64,000 nt of DNA from the human T2T-CHM13v2.0 reference genome, Homo sapiens, in assembly GCF_009914755.1 (NCBI RefSeq), contig NC_060941.1. One strand, given 5' to 3'. The notes below the pieces were generated by a model that was given only the letters and a program-made list of their open reading frames with translations, searched no databases and had not been told where the DNA came from. The translations under genes and the position numbers were made by a program. Of the stretch, positions 37,784 to 62,195 are shown piece after piece. How positions within the stretch are numbered: position 1 is the first letter of the stretch; each line of letters opens with the position of its first letter.

Positions 37784-37799
37784 AAAAAAAATCAGTTAC

Positions 37800-38659
<860 letters not shown>

Positions 38660-38704
38660 TCAGTTAAGTATAGATATATTTCAAAATTCAAAAAGTACAG
38701 AAGG

Positions 38705-39265
<561 letters not shown>

Positions 39266-39610
39266 TATTCCCTAGTTTTCTTGTTCCCTTTCTGCAGAAG
39301 CAAGCACTGCTACCCATCTCTGAGCATCTTGCAGAAAGTCTATGCTTTGATGAAATATATGTACATATCTCCATATTTATTGTTCTTTACCAGATGGTGG
39401 GATAAGTTGTACACTATTTTGAACCTTCCTCTTTTCACCTAACTATGCATTTTGGAAAGAATTCCAAGTCATCATATAAATCTATCTCATTATTTCTTTG
39501 GTAACAATTTCCTGTTGTTTGGATTTACCATAATTCACTTCACAGGTCCCCTATTGATGGACACTTAGGTTATTGCCTAACCTTTCCTTCTATAAACAAT
39601 GCTCTTAGAA

Positions 39611-40416
39611 TAGGCTTGCCAGATTGAGCAAATTAAAATACAAGCTGCCCAGTGTTGAATTTGAGATTCGATTTTTTTATTTGAAATTTCAATTTTGAAT
39701 TTGAAATGCAGATAACAAGGAACACAGTAGAACCCCCTTATCCATAGTTTCACTTTCTGGGATTTCAGTTACACATGGTCAGCTGCAGTCTGAAAACATT
39801 AAATGGAAAATTCCAGAAATAAACAACTCATAATTTTTAAATTACATGCTGTTCTGACTAGTGTGATGAAATCTCACACCTTCCCACTGTGGCCTGCCTG
39901 GGACTTAAGTCACCCCTTTGTCCAATGTATCCATGCTGTATATGCTCTTTGCCTGTTTGTCACTTTTTGTAGCTGTCTAGGTTATCAGATTGACTATTTC
40001 AGTATTGCAGTGCTTGTGTTCAAATAACCCTTATTTTACTTAATAATGACCCCAAAGTGCAAGAGTAGTGATGCTGGCTTATTGTCATAATTGTTCTATT
40101 TTATTATTGTTGTTGCTAATCTCTCTTACTGTACCTAATTTAGAAATTAAACTTTATCATAGGTGTATGTGTGGGGAAAAAAACATAGTATATAGAGGGT
40201 TTGCTACTATCTGCAGTTTCAGGCATTTACTTGGGGTCTTGGAAAGCATCCCCCCACGATAACAGGGGACTACTGTAATTCCTTAGTATAAACACGTTTC
40301 ATACTTATGACCCAAAAGGGTAGGATATTTGAGGAATAGTAATACTAAACAAAATGTTGCTGTTTATCTGAAATCCAAATTTAATAGAGAGACCTGTATT
40401 TTATCTGACAACCCTA
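39611..40416. mobile_element. MER53 hAT element split by MER44B
   Basis: TIRs taggcttgccaga ... tctgacaacccta; 8-bp TSD tcttagaa/tcctagaa. Confidence 0.75.
39725..40275 (+). mobile_element. MER44B (Tigger7-derived) DNA transposon, full length
   Basis: TIRs cagtagaaccccctta ... caggggactactg; 551 bp; followed by TA. Confidence 0.85.
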
Positions 40417-40469
40417 TCCTAGAACAAAGCCTGGTACATAGTAGGGGCTCAGTAAAAATTTATTGAGGC

Positions 40470-40844
<375 letters not shown>

Positions 40845-41686
40845 TCAATGTTTCTTAGGCATTTGTTCAATACCTGGACAAATGCTGTAGTGAATGTCTT
40901 CATGAACGCTTCATTTGGCCCACGAGAGAATATGTTTGTAGAATAAATTCATTTGTTTGAATGCCTGATGGATTCTGCCTAATTGCCCCTCCACAGGCCT
41001 CCAACACTTCTTAGCCAAGTTGTCCAATTGTATTCCTGCTGTCACCTAAAGTCATTTAACCTTTGGGGAACTTCCTCCCTGAGGCTGCCCTAAATGGGGT
41101 TAGGAAAGGAGCTGAAAGTGCCAACCCCATTATACCACCCCTTTATGCCCCTTCCGTCAATCCACACGAGGAAATGAGGAATTTTAGATGCAAATGGCAG
41201 GACATAACATCTGGCTCATCAGAGCCCCAGACTGTCTTGTCCCCAGAGGTGCTGAGGAGCCCAGTGGGCTCTGCCAGCTCCTAATGATATATGGTTCACA
41301 TGGGTTGAGCCATCCCAGAGGCTCACTCGGTTCATTGTCCACCTGCTTCCAGTCTTACAATCTGTCACCAGCACAGGACGATTTAATCATCCTAATGAGG
41401 CTGTCACTGACAGCATGCTCCACCACCTCACAAGGGAAAGTCGGTTCTGCCTCTTCCCCCAGCCAATCTAAGCACATGTGGTCTCTGTTTGCCAACCACA
41501 GAGATGTGGGTGGAGGAGCAGCTGAGGTTACATGGAGCAGAGGGGACACAGGGTTCAGCCTTTTGAACTAGGAATTGAGAAGCTTGGATCCGATCCCTAT
41601 TTCACCACTTCCTGTATTAGCTTGATGACCTTGGACAAGTTACTTACCCTCTCTGAGTATCAGTTTCCTCTGTATATTGTCCAGTG

Positions 41687-41827
41687 TACAGCATGGATAC
41701 ACTGGACAAAGGGGTGACTTAAGTCCCAGGCAGGACACAGCGGGAAGGTGTGAGATTTCATCATGCTATTCAGAACAGGATGTAATTTAAAAATTATGAG
41801 TTGTTTATTTCTGGAATATTCCATTTA
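41687..41827 (-). repeat. Inverted 141-bp copy of the local MER44B (39800-39940) inserted in a MIR
   Basis: Reverse-complement alignment with about 8 mismatches in 141 nt; MIR on both sides. Confidence 0.88.
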
Positions 41828-42648
41828 TTTTACTACATTTATTTCTGTAGTAAAATGGGGCTAATAGCCCTGAACTATTTTCTCATGGGTTCATCATGAA
41901 GTTAAATCAATAACTTAAGGAGGAAAAGGATGTATAAATTATGAAGCATTCTATAAATATAGAATACTTTAGGGTTGAGAGTGTGGATGGCAGACGGTCT
42001 TAATCAGCTTCCAAGCTATTGCTATTATTATTTGTACTAGTGTGGCTTCAAAATTTCTATCCAGTAGGGCATAAAGGGTGAAAACATGTAGGGTAGGAGG
42101 GGGGCTTGCCCTTTACCAAAGACTGGGGAACAGTCAGTATCAATCAATAGCACCCATCAAAGTCAGGGAGCAGGGGTGGCTGATTACAGGACGGGGGAAA
42201 GCCTCTCTAAACCATCTTTTGGGGACCCCATTGTCTCTTCCCAGGACTAGGCATTGGGGTCCTGCTCTACTGGGGTCCTCTTTCTCTATGTAGAAGCCTC
42301 TCTCGAAGCTGTTCATGGAAACAGAAGATAATAACCCCATTAGCTTCTGAAAACCTGCTATTCTAAGAAGGCAGCTGTCCAACCTAATTTAAGATGGGGC
42401 TTCTCCTACATTCTCTTGCACTTTAAGAAGCCAGTTTCTCAGCACCCTTGGGGAAGGGAGAGCCTTCCCAGAAGTGGCTGGGAAGCAGAGGAAGTGCTGA
42501 GCCCTAGGGCGAGGGAGGGTGGGTCATTCTTACATCAGTGAATGTTGAAGAGAAGGCCCTGACCCACCCCGTTCTGCCTGCCAGCTCTGGGGTGTGGCTC
42601 TGAACTCCCTTTTCCCTCTAAAGTAAATGGAAAGGTGGCAATTCACAG

Positions 42649-42784
<136 letters not shown>

Positions 42785-43522
42785 AGGCATCAGTGACCTG
42801 GCCTAGAGGGGCCCCTTTCTGGGAGTACCACTGAGTTTTATCACTGTGTGAAATGCCAGCAAGCTGCAAATGAAGAATAACTTTCAACATGTCCTTTCAG
42901 TGTAAATTACCCCCAAAAGCATTATGTTACACCTTTGCAGGGTGGCTGCTGGCTGCCCTGTGGAGATGCCTTTGCCAGTTGTTGGCCCTCACACCCAGAG
43001 GTGGAAAATACACAAGACTTGAAATGGGTTTGTCTAGGCTGCTTAGGGGGTGGGAGGAATTCCCTAAGTGGAGAAAACAAACAGACCTAACGAAAGCAGA
43101 TCAAAACCCAGCTTACCACACATTGTTCCGCACCTGGGGGCAGAAAAAAAATCAGAGCTCTAACAAAGCAGGGAAGTGAGAGGTGGTGTTGGGATGCTGG
43201 AAAAATTTAGTATACCTATTATAGCACGTGGCTGGGTGCCTCTACTCTCTCCAGAAAGGGAAAGGTAATGCACCCAGCAGAGGAAGCCTCTGTAGTTTGG
43301 AGAGGGATGACTGGCTCCCAACATGGCAGGCAGTAGCACACCAGTGTCTCCTCACCAGCACTCTCACTTCCCTGGGAGTTTGGGATTAGAGAACTGTTCT
43401 GTTCCTTTCAGGGTCCTGTCCCAGGCACAGGAACTAGGTAAGTAGAAGGAAGTGAAAGCTTTCCTCCTCCCCGGTGCCCTAGATCCTCCTGTCCAACTAC
43501 CGTTTGAAAGTTTGGGGACCTG

Positions 43523-44845
<1,323 letters not shown>

Positions 44846-44866
44846 AGCCATAACCATTATTGCTAT

Positions 44867-45824
<958 letters not shown>

Positions 45825-46242
45825 CTATCAAACACCATCCTGTTTACTTATTGATTTGTGGCCAGATTGAAAGCTCTATGAGAGCAGAGATATTTCTGTC
45901 TTGTTTTCCAATGCTTATCATCAGTGCCTGCAAGAAGAGTGCCTGAAACATAAAAAATTCTCAGTGTTTGTTGAATGTATGGTCCTGTTCAGGGACCATG
46001 TTTGTCACAGACAGATGTGTCCAGATTAAAGAGAATATCCTCTTTAGAAAAAAGGAAGAAAATGCTGATGCACAGATAGATTGGGTTGTGGTAGAGCTAT
46101 TCCCATTAATCCAGAATCATTTTCTATACTACAGCATGGATTTACGGTTTCTTTGGCTAAATTTTTTTTTTTTAAAAGCTTATATATGTTTGGGAATAGA
46201 CGAAGTTCCAGATAATGGATTTTTCTGTTTAAAGGAGGGCTA

Positions 46243-46590
<348 letters not shown>

Positions 46591-46611
46591 TTAGAATGCT
46601 TCTTGTAAATT

Positions 46612-47369
46612 TTTATTTATTTTTATTTTTTATTTTTTTGAGACAGCATCTTGCTATCACCCAGGCTGGAGTGCAGTGGTGCAATCAGGGCTTACTGCAT
46701 GCAGCTTCGACCTCCCAAGCTCAAGTGATCCTCTCAGCTCAACCTCCTGAGTAGCTGGGACTACATATCTGGCTAATTAGAATTTTTTTTTTTTTGGTAA
46801 AGATGAGGTTTTTTTTATTATTATACTTCAAGTTTTAGGGTACATGTGCACAATGTGCAGGTTTGTTACATATGTATACATCTGCCATATTGGTGTGCTG
46901 CATCCATTAACTCGTCATTTACATTAGGTATATCTCCTAATGCTCTCCCTCCCCACTCCCCCAACCCCACAACAGGCCCCAGTGTGTGATGTTCCCCTTC
47001 CTGTGTCCATGTGTTCTCATTGTTCAATTCCCACCTATGAGTGAGAACATGTGGTGTTTGGTTTTTTGTCCTTGCGATAGTTTGCTGAGAATGATGGTTT
47101 CCAGCTTCATCCATGTCCCTACAAAGGACATGAACTCATCATTTTTTATGGCTGCATAGTATTCCATGGTGTATATGTGCCACATTTTCTTAATCCAGTC
47201 TATCATTGTTGGACATTTGGCTTGGTTCCAAGTCTTTGCTATTGTGAGTAGTGCCACAATAAACGTAAAGATGAGGTTTAACTTTGTCGCCCAAATTGTT
47301 GTTCTCAAGCTCCTGGCCTCAAGCGATCAAAGTACTGGGATTATAGATGTGAGCCACCTGGCCTGGCCT
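46612..47369 (-). mobile_element. AluJ split by an L1PA insertion
   Basis: Right arm 46612-46796, left arm resumes after 47279. Confidence 0.75.
46812..47264 (-). mobile_element. 5'-truncated L1PA (roughly PA4-PA6): ORF2 C-terminus and 3' UTR
   Basis: ORF 47024-47308 has ...DWIKKMWHIYTMEYYAAIKNDEFMSFVGTWMKLETIILSKLSQ...GGN; perfect 15-bp TSD gtaaagatgaggttt 46797-46811/47265-47279. Confidence 0.95.
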
Positions 47370-47377
47370 ACTGTAAA

Positions 47378-48707
<1,330 letters not shown>

Positions 48708-48789
48708 ATAACAGGGATTTTATTGTACATTCAGATTGTGCTTTGATATTACACAACTTTGAATCAGTAATAGTGGGTGACATATGTCA

Positions 48790-48985
48790 TGCAGATACTA
48801 TGTCCCAGACAATATCCTGAGCTGTGTTTACATTTATTAACTCATTTAATTCTCATAACAATCCTGTGTAGGTACTTGTATTATCTCCATTTTACAAATG
48901 AGAAAACTGAGGCTCAGGGAAGTTAAGTAATTTGTCCAAGTTTACACAGTTAGGAAACAGCAGAGTCAGAATTTGAATCCAGGAA
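48790..48985 (-). mobile_element. MIR
   Basis: ccattttacaaatgagaaaactgaggctcagggaagttaagtaatttgtccaag. Confidence 0.75.
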
Positions 48986-49120
48986 GGCAGGACTAGGTGG
49001 GGTGGGGGCAGAGCTCGGACACTGGACTCCTCCACAGCTCTGCCTCCTTCAGCCACCACGTCCCAAAAAAAAAAAAGAATTTGAATCCAGTTTCCAGAGC
49101 CTACATTATGCTCTTCTGCC

Positions 49121-49233
49121 TATGGTGACCAACTTGTCCCAGTTTGCACAAGACTTCCCTGATTTGGGCATTGAAGATCCTGTGTCCTGGGAACCCAGTC
49201 AGTCCTAGGCAACCCAAGATGGTTGGTTACTTT
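49121..49233. mobile_element. MER81-like hAT element
   Basis: tatggtgaccaacttgtcccagtttgc ... gatggttggttac. Confidence 0.6.
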
Positions 49234-49796
49234 GGTCTTTCAAATACAGCTCTTCAACGTCAGCTGTTTTGTAAATAAAGTCATAATTACCTCTAGCCTG
49301 TGTGACATTCAGTTCGCCGATCACTAATGCAAGATAAGGGGGTTGTGAAAATGACCTTGTTAGGCTCTTGCTATTAAAGTAATATTTGGAAATAACATAT
49401 GGATAATATACGGAAAAAATATGTGCAGAGGACAAAAACAGGAGCCATGGAAAATATTTCCAAATGAATAATAAATAGTGACTGAGAAATAGGATTGGCA
49501 AAGAACTGGCTGTGAGGGAGGAAAGGACAGTTGGAAATACCAGAAATAATGATGGTGATGGCGGTGTCATCTCTAACACTGGCTGAGTGTTATGTGCTAA
49601 GTTCTGTCCAATCACTTCACCAGCGTTAACACATTTAATCCTCAGGCAGCATGTGAGATAAGCACTACCTACTATTATCTTACTGTGCAGGTGACACAAT
49701 TGAGGCTCAAAGAAGTTAGGTTAGGCAAATCCTTTTAGCAGCAAAGGAAGCGGCCAGCCTCAGCAGGGGATTACTTGAGACAGCGCCTGGTGCTGG

Positions 49797-52240
<2,444 letters not shown>

Positions 52241-54310
52241 AGAAGGCTTTTCGCCACTGTTGAATCTTCCACAGCACCTCGCACATACTGGGTGCTCAGT
52301 TGCTTTTCTCATTTGCTTGCTTGCTTGTATGACCAAATGCCTCCAGCCACCCTGTGACCTGGGATACACTTGAGTTCTCATTTTTCCCAAAGCTGACAGG
52401 GATCCCAGGCTGGTCTTGGTTGACCTGGAAGAGTCTGTCCAAAGGAGGAAATTATCTCCCCATGAGGATTATTCTATTTATTTCCTCAGGATTGGGTCTG
52501 GTTGGAATCCAGCCAGGAACTCAGATGGTCCAAGACAGATTTGAGTTAGATATTCACACCCAGCTGATTCTGCCTGCCCAGGGAACAGGAGCATCTGTCA
52601 GGTGCCAGGAAAGTCAATGACAGATGTCTCCCCGTGGGTGCAGCGAGAGCTTCTGCAACTTCAGCCGAGGGAGATTCCCCAAGTGACAGCACTGCCTCCG
52701 CCCCCACTTACATTTTGATCTAATTTCTGCATGTGATATCGGAACTGATATTCTTTTGGTGGGAAGGGAATAAAGCAAGGACAGGCCTGAATCATCTTCA
52801 TGTGCTCATCAGGAGAAATCATGTTTTTCTACTGCTGGGATTGCCTACTAATAGAAGGGCAGGGTTTTCCCCTCCATGGGTTTCAGGCAATGGAATGTCC
52901 TGCTGCCTCCTCAAATTAGCTTCAAATACCACTGGGAGCAGCAAAGGGAGACTGGGCCACGTGTCTGGTTCATAAATTACTTGCTAGCTCCTGTGGTATT
53001 CATTTTTTTTTTTTTCTTGAGCGTTTTTGTGCTCGAGCCATCGGTTTCTGATACAGCTTGCTTGAGAATCAAGATATTTCAATGCTGGAAGATCTAATAA
53101 TTTCAAGGGCCAGCAAGCATTTATTTGAAGAATTTTCTGCAGGGCTGGCAGGCATGAGAAAGCCTCTTTCATGCAGTGGGGAATTAAGGTCTCTGAACTT
53201 GCAGTCCACGAATTCAAGAAGTGGATAGAAATGCTCACAGTTTGGGATGTAGCTTTGTGTAGTGTGGCCCAGGGCGAGATAATCCAAGTTTAAGTGCCTC
53301 CTCTGCCCCCTTATTAGCTGTGTCACACTGGATGAGTCACTTCATGCCACTGAGCCACATTTGTTCATGCATCATATGGTCACTGAGCATCCAAACCGCA
53401 TGGAATGGAGGAAGGAGTTTACTGAGCATCTGCTCTGCCCTGGCACTGTGGCAACTGTTTTTTCATAGTTTTCTTTTCTGTAAAATGTAGTTGATACTAT
53501 ACCTGCTCTTTGTCCCTCCAGGATTGCCATAAGACTCAAAACAAGACAACATGGGAAAGTATATTGGGAGCAGCAAAGAATATAACCATGTAGAGGCCTG
53601 TTACCTTTGCCTTAATTCAGATTTTCCACATTCTCTTACTCTTTCAAGTATGTACAAGCTTGCCTGGGTGTGGCTTTGTGCGGCTGATTATTCACCATAC
53701 CCCATCTAAGTTCGGTGTAGACACACAGCTGGGAGTGTAGTATTTCCTTCTGAACCCATGCCCCTAGATGCATGTGTCATCTTGAAATGTACAACACCAG
53801 TGAGGACACCAGCTTCCCACATTCTGTAGAAGATTGAGGCTAAAGTGGGTATGAGTCACGTGAAGTTGAAGGGCTGGGTTTGGTACCTTTGTGCTGTTGA
53901 TTCCCATGTTGTCAGGGATAAGATCTGAGTGATTAGATGAAACTTGGTCTCCTGCAGCGAAAACAGCATGGGCTCAGGAGTCAGACTTACCCATCCAGGC
54001 CTCTTTGCTCTGCCAGTTACTAGTTATATAAAGATGGCTTGACTCAGCTTGGGCAAAAAGGAGAATGTAGTGGTAGGATCGTAGGGCATCTAGAATAAGG
54101 GATAACTGGAATGAGGACTAAAATGTCTCCAGGATACTTTCTCCTGGTTTTGTTTGTTCCCCTCCCCACATGTTGGCTTTATTCTTTCAGTCCAGCTTTT
54201 TCCCCAGAGAGGGGATCATGGCTTTTGGTATCTCTCGTATCTCATGGATCTAGCTTCACTATCAAAGAAGGCCTGGTTTCTTCCCTCAATTCCAGTTTCA
54301 AAAATCCTGG

Positions 54311-55312
<1,002 letters not shown>

Positions 55313-56755
55313 CTATCATAAACCAATACATTAAAATAGATATCATTATGTATGCAATTTATAATATATAAGAATATGTGCAATTAATCATTTTCTTTTA
55401 TATTTATGGAAATAGCTGAATGACATCCAAAGAGCATATTTCTCTATGTTCCGGAGGAAGAAAGTTATCATAAGCAGAAATTATAATAGCTTTGAGCACT
55501 GTCTCTTAAGTGGCCAAGGTAACAGTTTCTTGATCACAAACCCAGCTGGCATTTACAGGTACTGTGAAAGACTAGATCAGGCCTTGGCAACTGAGGGCAA
55601 TATGGCTCTTAGAAAGAACTGAAGGATATAGTTCAAGGCTTAAACCAGCTCTGCTCAAATTTGCCTCTCAAAAGCAACCAAAATTGAGGCCCCATCATTT
55701 GAGGTCTGGCCAAATGGCCTTGCTGCCTGTCTCTCCACCTCCCTGTATCTTCTTGTAGTTCCTATCTACTTTTAGGGTCGTGGTAATAATGGTCAAAGTA
55801 TCTAGTCACATGCCTAAGTAGGTACTCAAAAAATACTGCTTTACTTTCTTTCTCCAATGGCTCCACACATCTTTTAAAAAAAAATCATGAGCACACAAAC
55901 AAGGTTGGCTATAGACATTTCATTGTAAGAGCCAGCTACGTGGCTCAAATATTGGCTGTGTTACCCTCTGATTTGTTTAAAATTCACCCAGGGATCCCAC
56001 AATTATTCTCAATTTGATCTGAGCAAGCACAATTGGAAATATATCTTAGTATTCTAAATGCCTTCCTGGCCCATAAGGAATCAGGCAGGCTACAGCATGT
56101 TTGGATAAAGATTCACATCTAACCCATGAACATATATAAAATGCTTATATCAGTTATCTTGTGTTACACAGACACAGCGACAAAATTATAGTGTATGGTA
56201 TGCCAAAGGCTCAAAATAGCAGGATGGTTATTTAAATTGTAGTTTAGAATTCCTCAAATCACTACCTTTTCCTAAGAAGTCCATATCCTTATGACATTGT
56301 AAGCCCAATAAAGAAAGGAGGAAATATAGTGTCTATCATCTGAATGTGCAGACTCCATCATATGGCAGAACATTTGTAACTAGCCACGTGGCTTGGGGCA
56401 AACCACTTTATTTCTTCAATCTGAAAAACACTTGCTTTGCATACCTACCTCATACAAGGCTTTGAGATGGACTTCTGAGGGATGACTCAGACATGCCTTT
56501 AAAGAGAAGGGCCTACTGGGTATGGACTTTCAGTAGAGTTAAGTACAGAATCTGCAATAGTTCTAGAAGCAGAATGGGATATTCAGGAATGGGGATAAGC
56601 AAGTGGTCTGATTTGGTTGAAGGATATGGGGCATGCAGAGAGTGCAGGGGACTAAGGTTGTTGGGGGGCTATTTATTGGATGTAGAGGTCATAAGAGGGG
56701 AGGTATCACAGATTTGGAGCCTAGGTGACTTGGAAAATGGGTTGCCCTTTTTTAA

Positions 56756-57621
<866 letters not shown>

Positions 57622-58052
57622 TTTTTTTTCTTTTTCACATAATTCAAGAGTAAGCAGTCTAGGGTTGGTGTGGTGGCTCTGGGACGTCAGCGACTCAGGT
57701 TTCTCCTATCTTTTTGCTCCACCAAGCCCAGGGTCATGCCTTTGCTCACATTGTCCAAGATGGCTTAACACTACTGTAACTGTACTTCCAGGCAGTGGGA
57801 AGGAGAAAACGAGTTAAAAGTATGACCTGGATGTACTGTAGGACTAGAACCCTGGTCTTTAGCTAAACTCATGCTAGACCCACAATAAAGATTACATTTC
57901 CAGTCTCCCGTACAGATAAGTGGCCAATCAGAGGTGAGCCAAATACACATGAGCAACTTCTAGATCCATTCTACAAACATCTTTTGAATATCACTATGTC
58001 CTTCCATACTGAGTCACAGAGAACAGTGCTGTGAAAGCCAAAGGAAAGGAGA

Positions 58053-58160
58053 GCGCTTGCTTCAGCAGCACATTTACTAAAATTGGAACCATACAGGAAG
58101 ATTAGCATGTCCCCTGTGCAAGGATGATGTGCAAATTCGTGAAATGTTCCATATTTTTTT
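58053..58160 (+). pseudogene. RNU6: U6 snRNA processed pseudogene
   Basis: gcgcttgcttcagcagcacatttactaaaattggaacc...gaagattagcatg...gcaaattcgtgaa..gttccatattttttt; ACAGAGA box disrupted. Confidence 0.93.
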
Positions 58161-58165
58161 AAAAA

Positions 58166-58266
58166 GTCCAGGCACAGTGGCTCATGCCTGTGCTCCCAGC
58201 ACTTTGGGAGGCTGAGGTTCAAGACCAGCCTGGGCAACATAGCAAGACCTCATCTCTATAAAAAAA
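58166..58266 (+). mobile_element. Alu left monomer abutting the U6 copy
   Basis: gtggctcatgcctgtg..cccagcactttgggagg..gaccagcctgggcaacatagc with internal deletion. Confidence 0.75.
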
Positions 58267-58350
58267 TTTTTTTAATAACGAGAGGCTTCTGAAAGGGGTT
58301 TCACAGTGTTACAGACAGATCAAGGAGGAGGAGAACTGAAGACACGAGGG

Positions 58351-58578
58351 CAGTGCTTCTCAACCAGGGCCTATTTTGCCACTTCCAGGGGACATCTGGC
58401 CATGTCTGGAGACATTTTTGGTTTGTGATGACTGTGAAAGGAAATGTGTGTGCTTCTATCATCTAGAAATTAGAGGACACAGGTGCTGCTAAACACTCTG
58501 CAATGCATAGGAAAACCCCCAACAACAAAGAATAATCCTGGCCCAAAATAGCAATTGTGCTGAGGTTGAAAAACCCTG
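58351..58578. mobile_element. MER20 hAT-Charlie element
   Basis: cagtgcttctcaacc..ggggacatctggccatgtctggagacatttttggtt..gctgctaaaca..gctgaggttgaaaaaccctg. Confidence 0.8.
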
Positions 58579-58596
58579 CACTAGGAGATTAGGACA

Positions 58597-60283
<1,687 letters not shown>

Positions 60284-60620
60284 GCCCAAATGAAGCCCAG
60301 GTGAGGTTTGGAATTGTGAATCTATACTGGGTCAAACCAGCGTGACCTTGGGACTTTCTCCAGCAATATCCTGCAGTGTGGGAGGGGAGAAACAGGGCAA
60401 TAGGAGCCAGCTGGGGCTGGGAAAACACGGGCAGTAGAAAACCAGTGAAGGGAAGAAATCCTTGGCATTTATGAGCAAATTTCAAAATGGCTGAGCATGA
60501 GATCTAGGCCAGGAGGAAATATGAGTGAAATGAAAAGAGTGCTGATAATTGGAGAGAAAAGTGTAGATGAATGACTTAGAGACAACATGAAATGTTCAGT
60601 GGTAGAGAAAAAGCAGAATA

Positions 60621-61259
60621 TTTCCAGTTCTAGGTGCTTCAGGAGCCACAGCTTAAGGTGCAGACATGGCCAAGTCCAAGAACCACAGCACAAACAACCA
60701 GTCCCGAAAAAGGCACAGAAATGGTATCAAGAAACCCCGATCACGAAGATATGAATCTCTTAAGGGGATGGACCCCAAGTTCCCGAGGAACATGTGCTTT
60801 GCCAAGAAGCAAAACAAGAAGGTCCTAAAGAAGATGCAGGCCAACAGTGACAAGGCCATGAGTGCACGTGCTGAGGTTATCAAGGCCCTCGTAAAGCCCA
60901 AGGAGGTTAAGCTCAAGATCCCAAAGGGTGTCAGCTGCAAGCTCGATCGACTTGCCTACATTGCCCACCCCAAGCTTGGGAAGCGGGCTCGTGCCCGCAT
61001 TGCCAAGGGGCTCAGGCTGTGCTGGCCAAAGGCCAAGGCCAAGGATCAAACCAAGGCCCAGGCTGCAGCTCCAGCTTCAGTTCCAGCTCAGGCTCCCAAA
61101 GGTGCCCAGGCCCCTACAAAGGCTTCAGAGTAGGTATCTCTGTCTGCCAACGTGAGTACAGAAGGATTGGTGCGATACCCCCCGGGCTGCCATCTGCACG
61201 GGGCTGGGGTCCTCAAATAAACCTGAGGTAGGAAAAATAAAAAGAAAAGAAAAAGAATA
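60621..61259 (+). pseudogene. RPL29: Processed pseudogene of 60S ribosomal protein L29 (eL29); ORF 60666-61133 open, 155 aa
   Basis: [20 protein letters not shown]...PTKASE; intronless; RPL29-like 5' UTR and 3' UTR, AATAAA 61216-61221, degenerate poly(A) 61233-61259. Confidence 0.95.
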
Positions 61260-61587
61260 AGTTGGGTCAGAGGGAATTTCACAGAATGAGATTTAGAAGT
61301 CAAGCCACTTTAAATAATGATAGAATCTAATGTGTGGGTTTGATTATATTACCTCTTAAACCCCTTTCAACTCTAAAACTCTATGAGAAATATGAATGAG
61401 TGAATACTGCACTTACATCCAAATTTCCAAGTGGCTGACAGTGTGACCCCAATCTATCCTTGTTACATATGAAGTCCCATCAAGTCCAAGTCCATGGGGA
61501 TAGACTTGGACTATTTTAGGAATTTCTGCATGTGCTCAATGATAAGGATAATCAATCACTATTGGACCTATATGTCTTTCAAAAAAA

Positions 61588-62195
<608 letters not shown>

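Noticed and set aside
47024-47308. Well-conserved L1 ORF2 peptide
   Set aside because: Only the C-terminal tail of a ~450-bp truncated L1; non-autonomous.
60666-61133. Functional RPL29 gene
   Set aside because: Intronless, genomic poly(A), no CpG promoter, substitutions at conserved residues.
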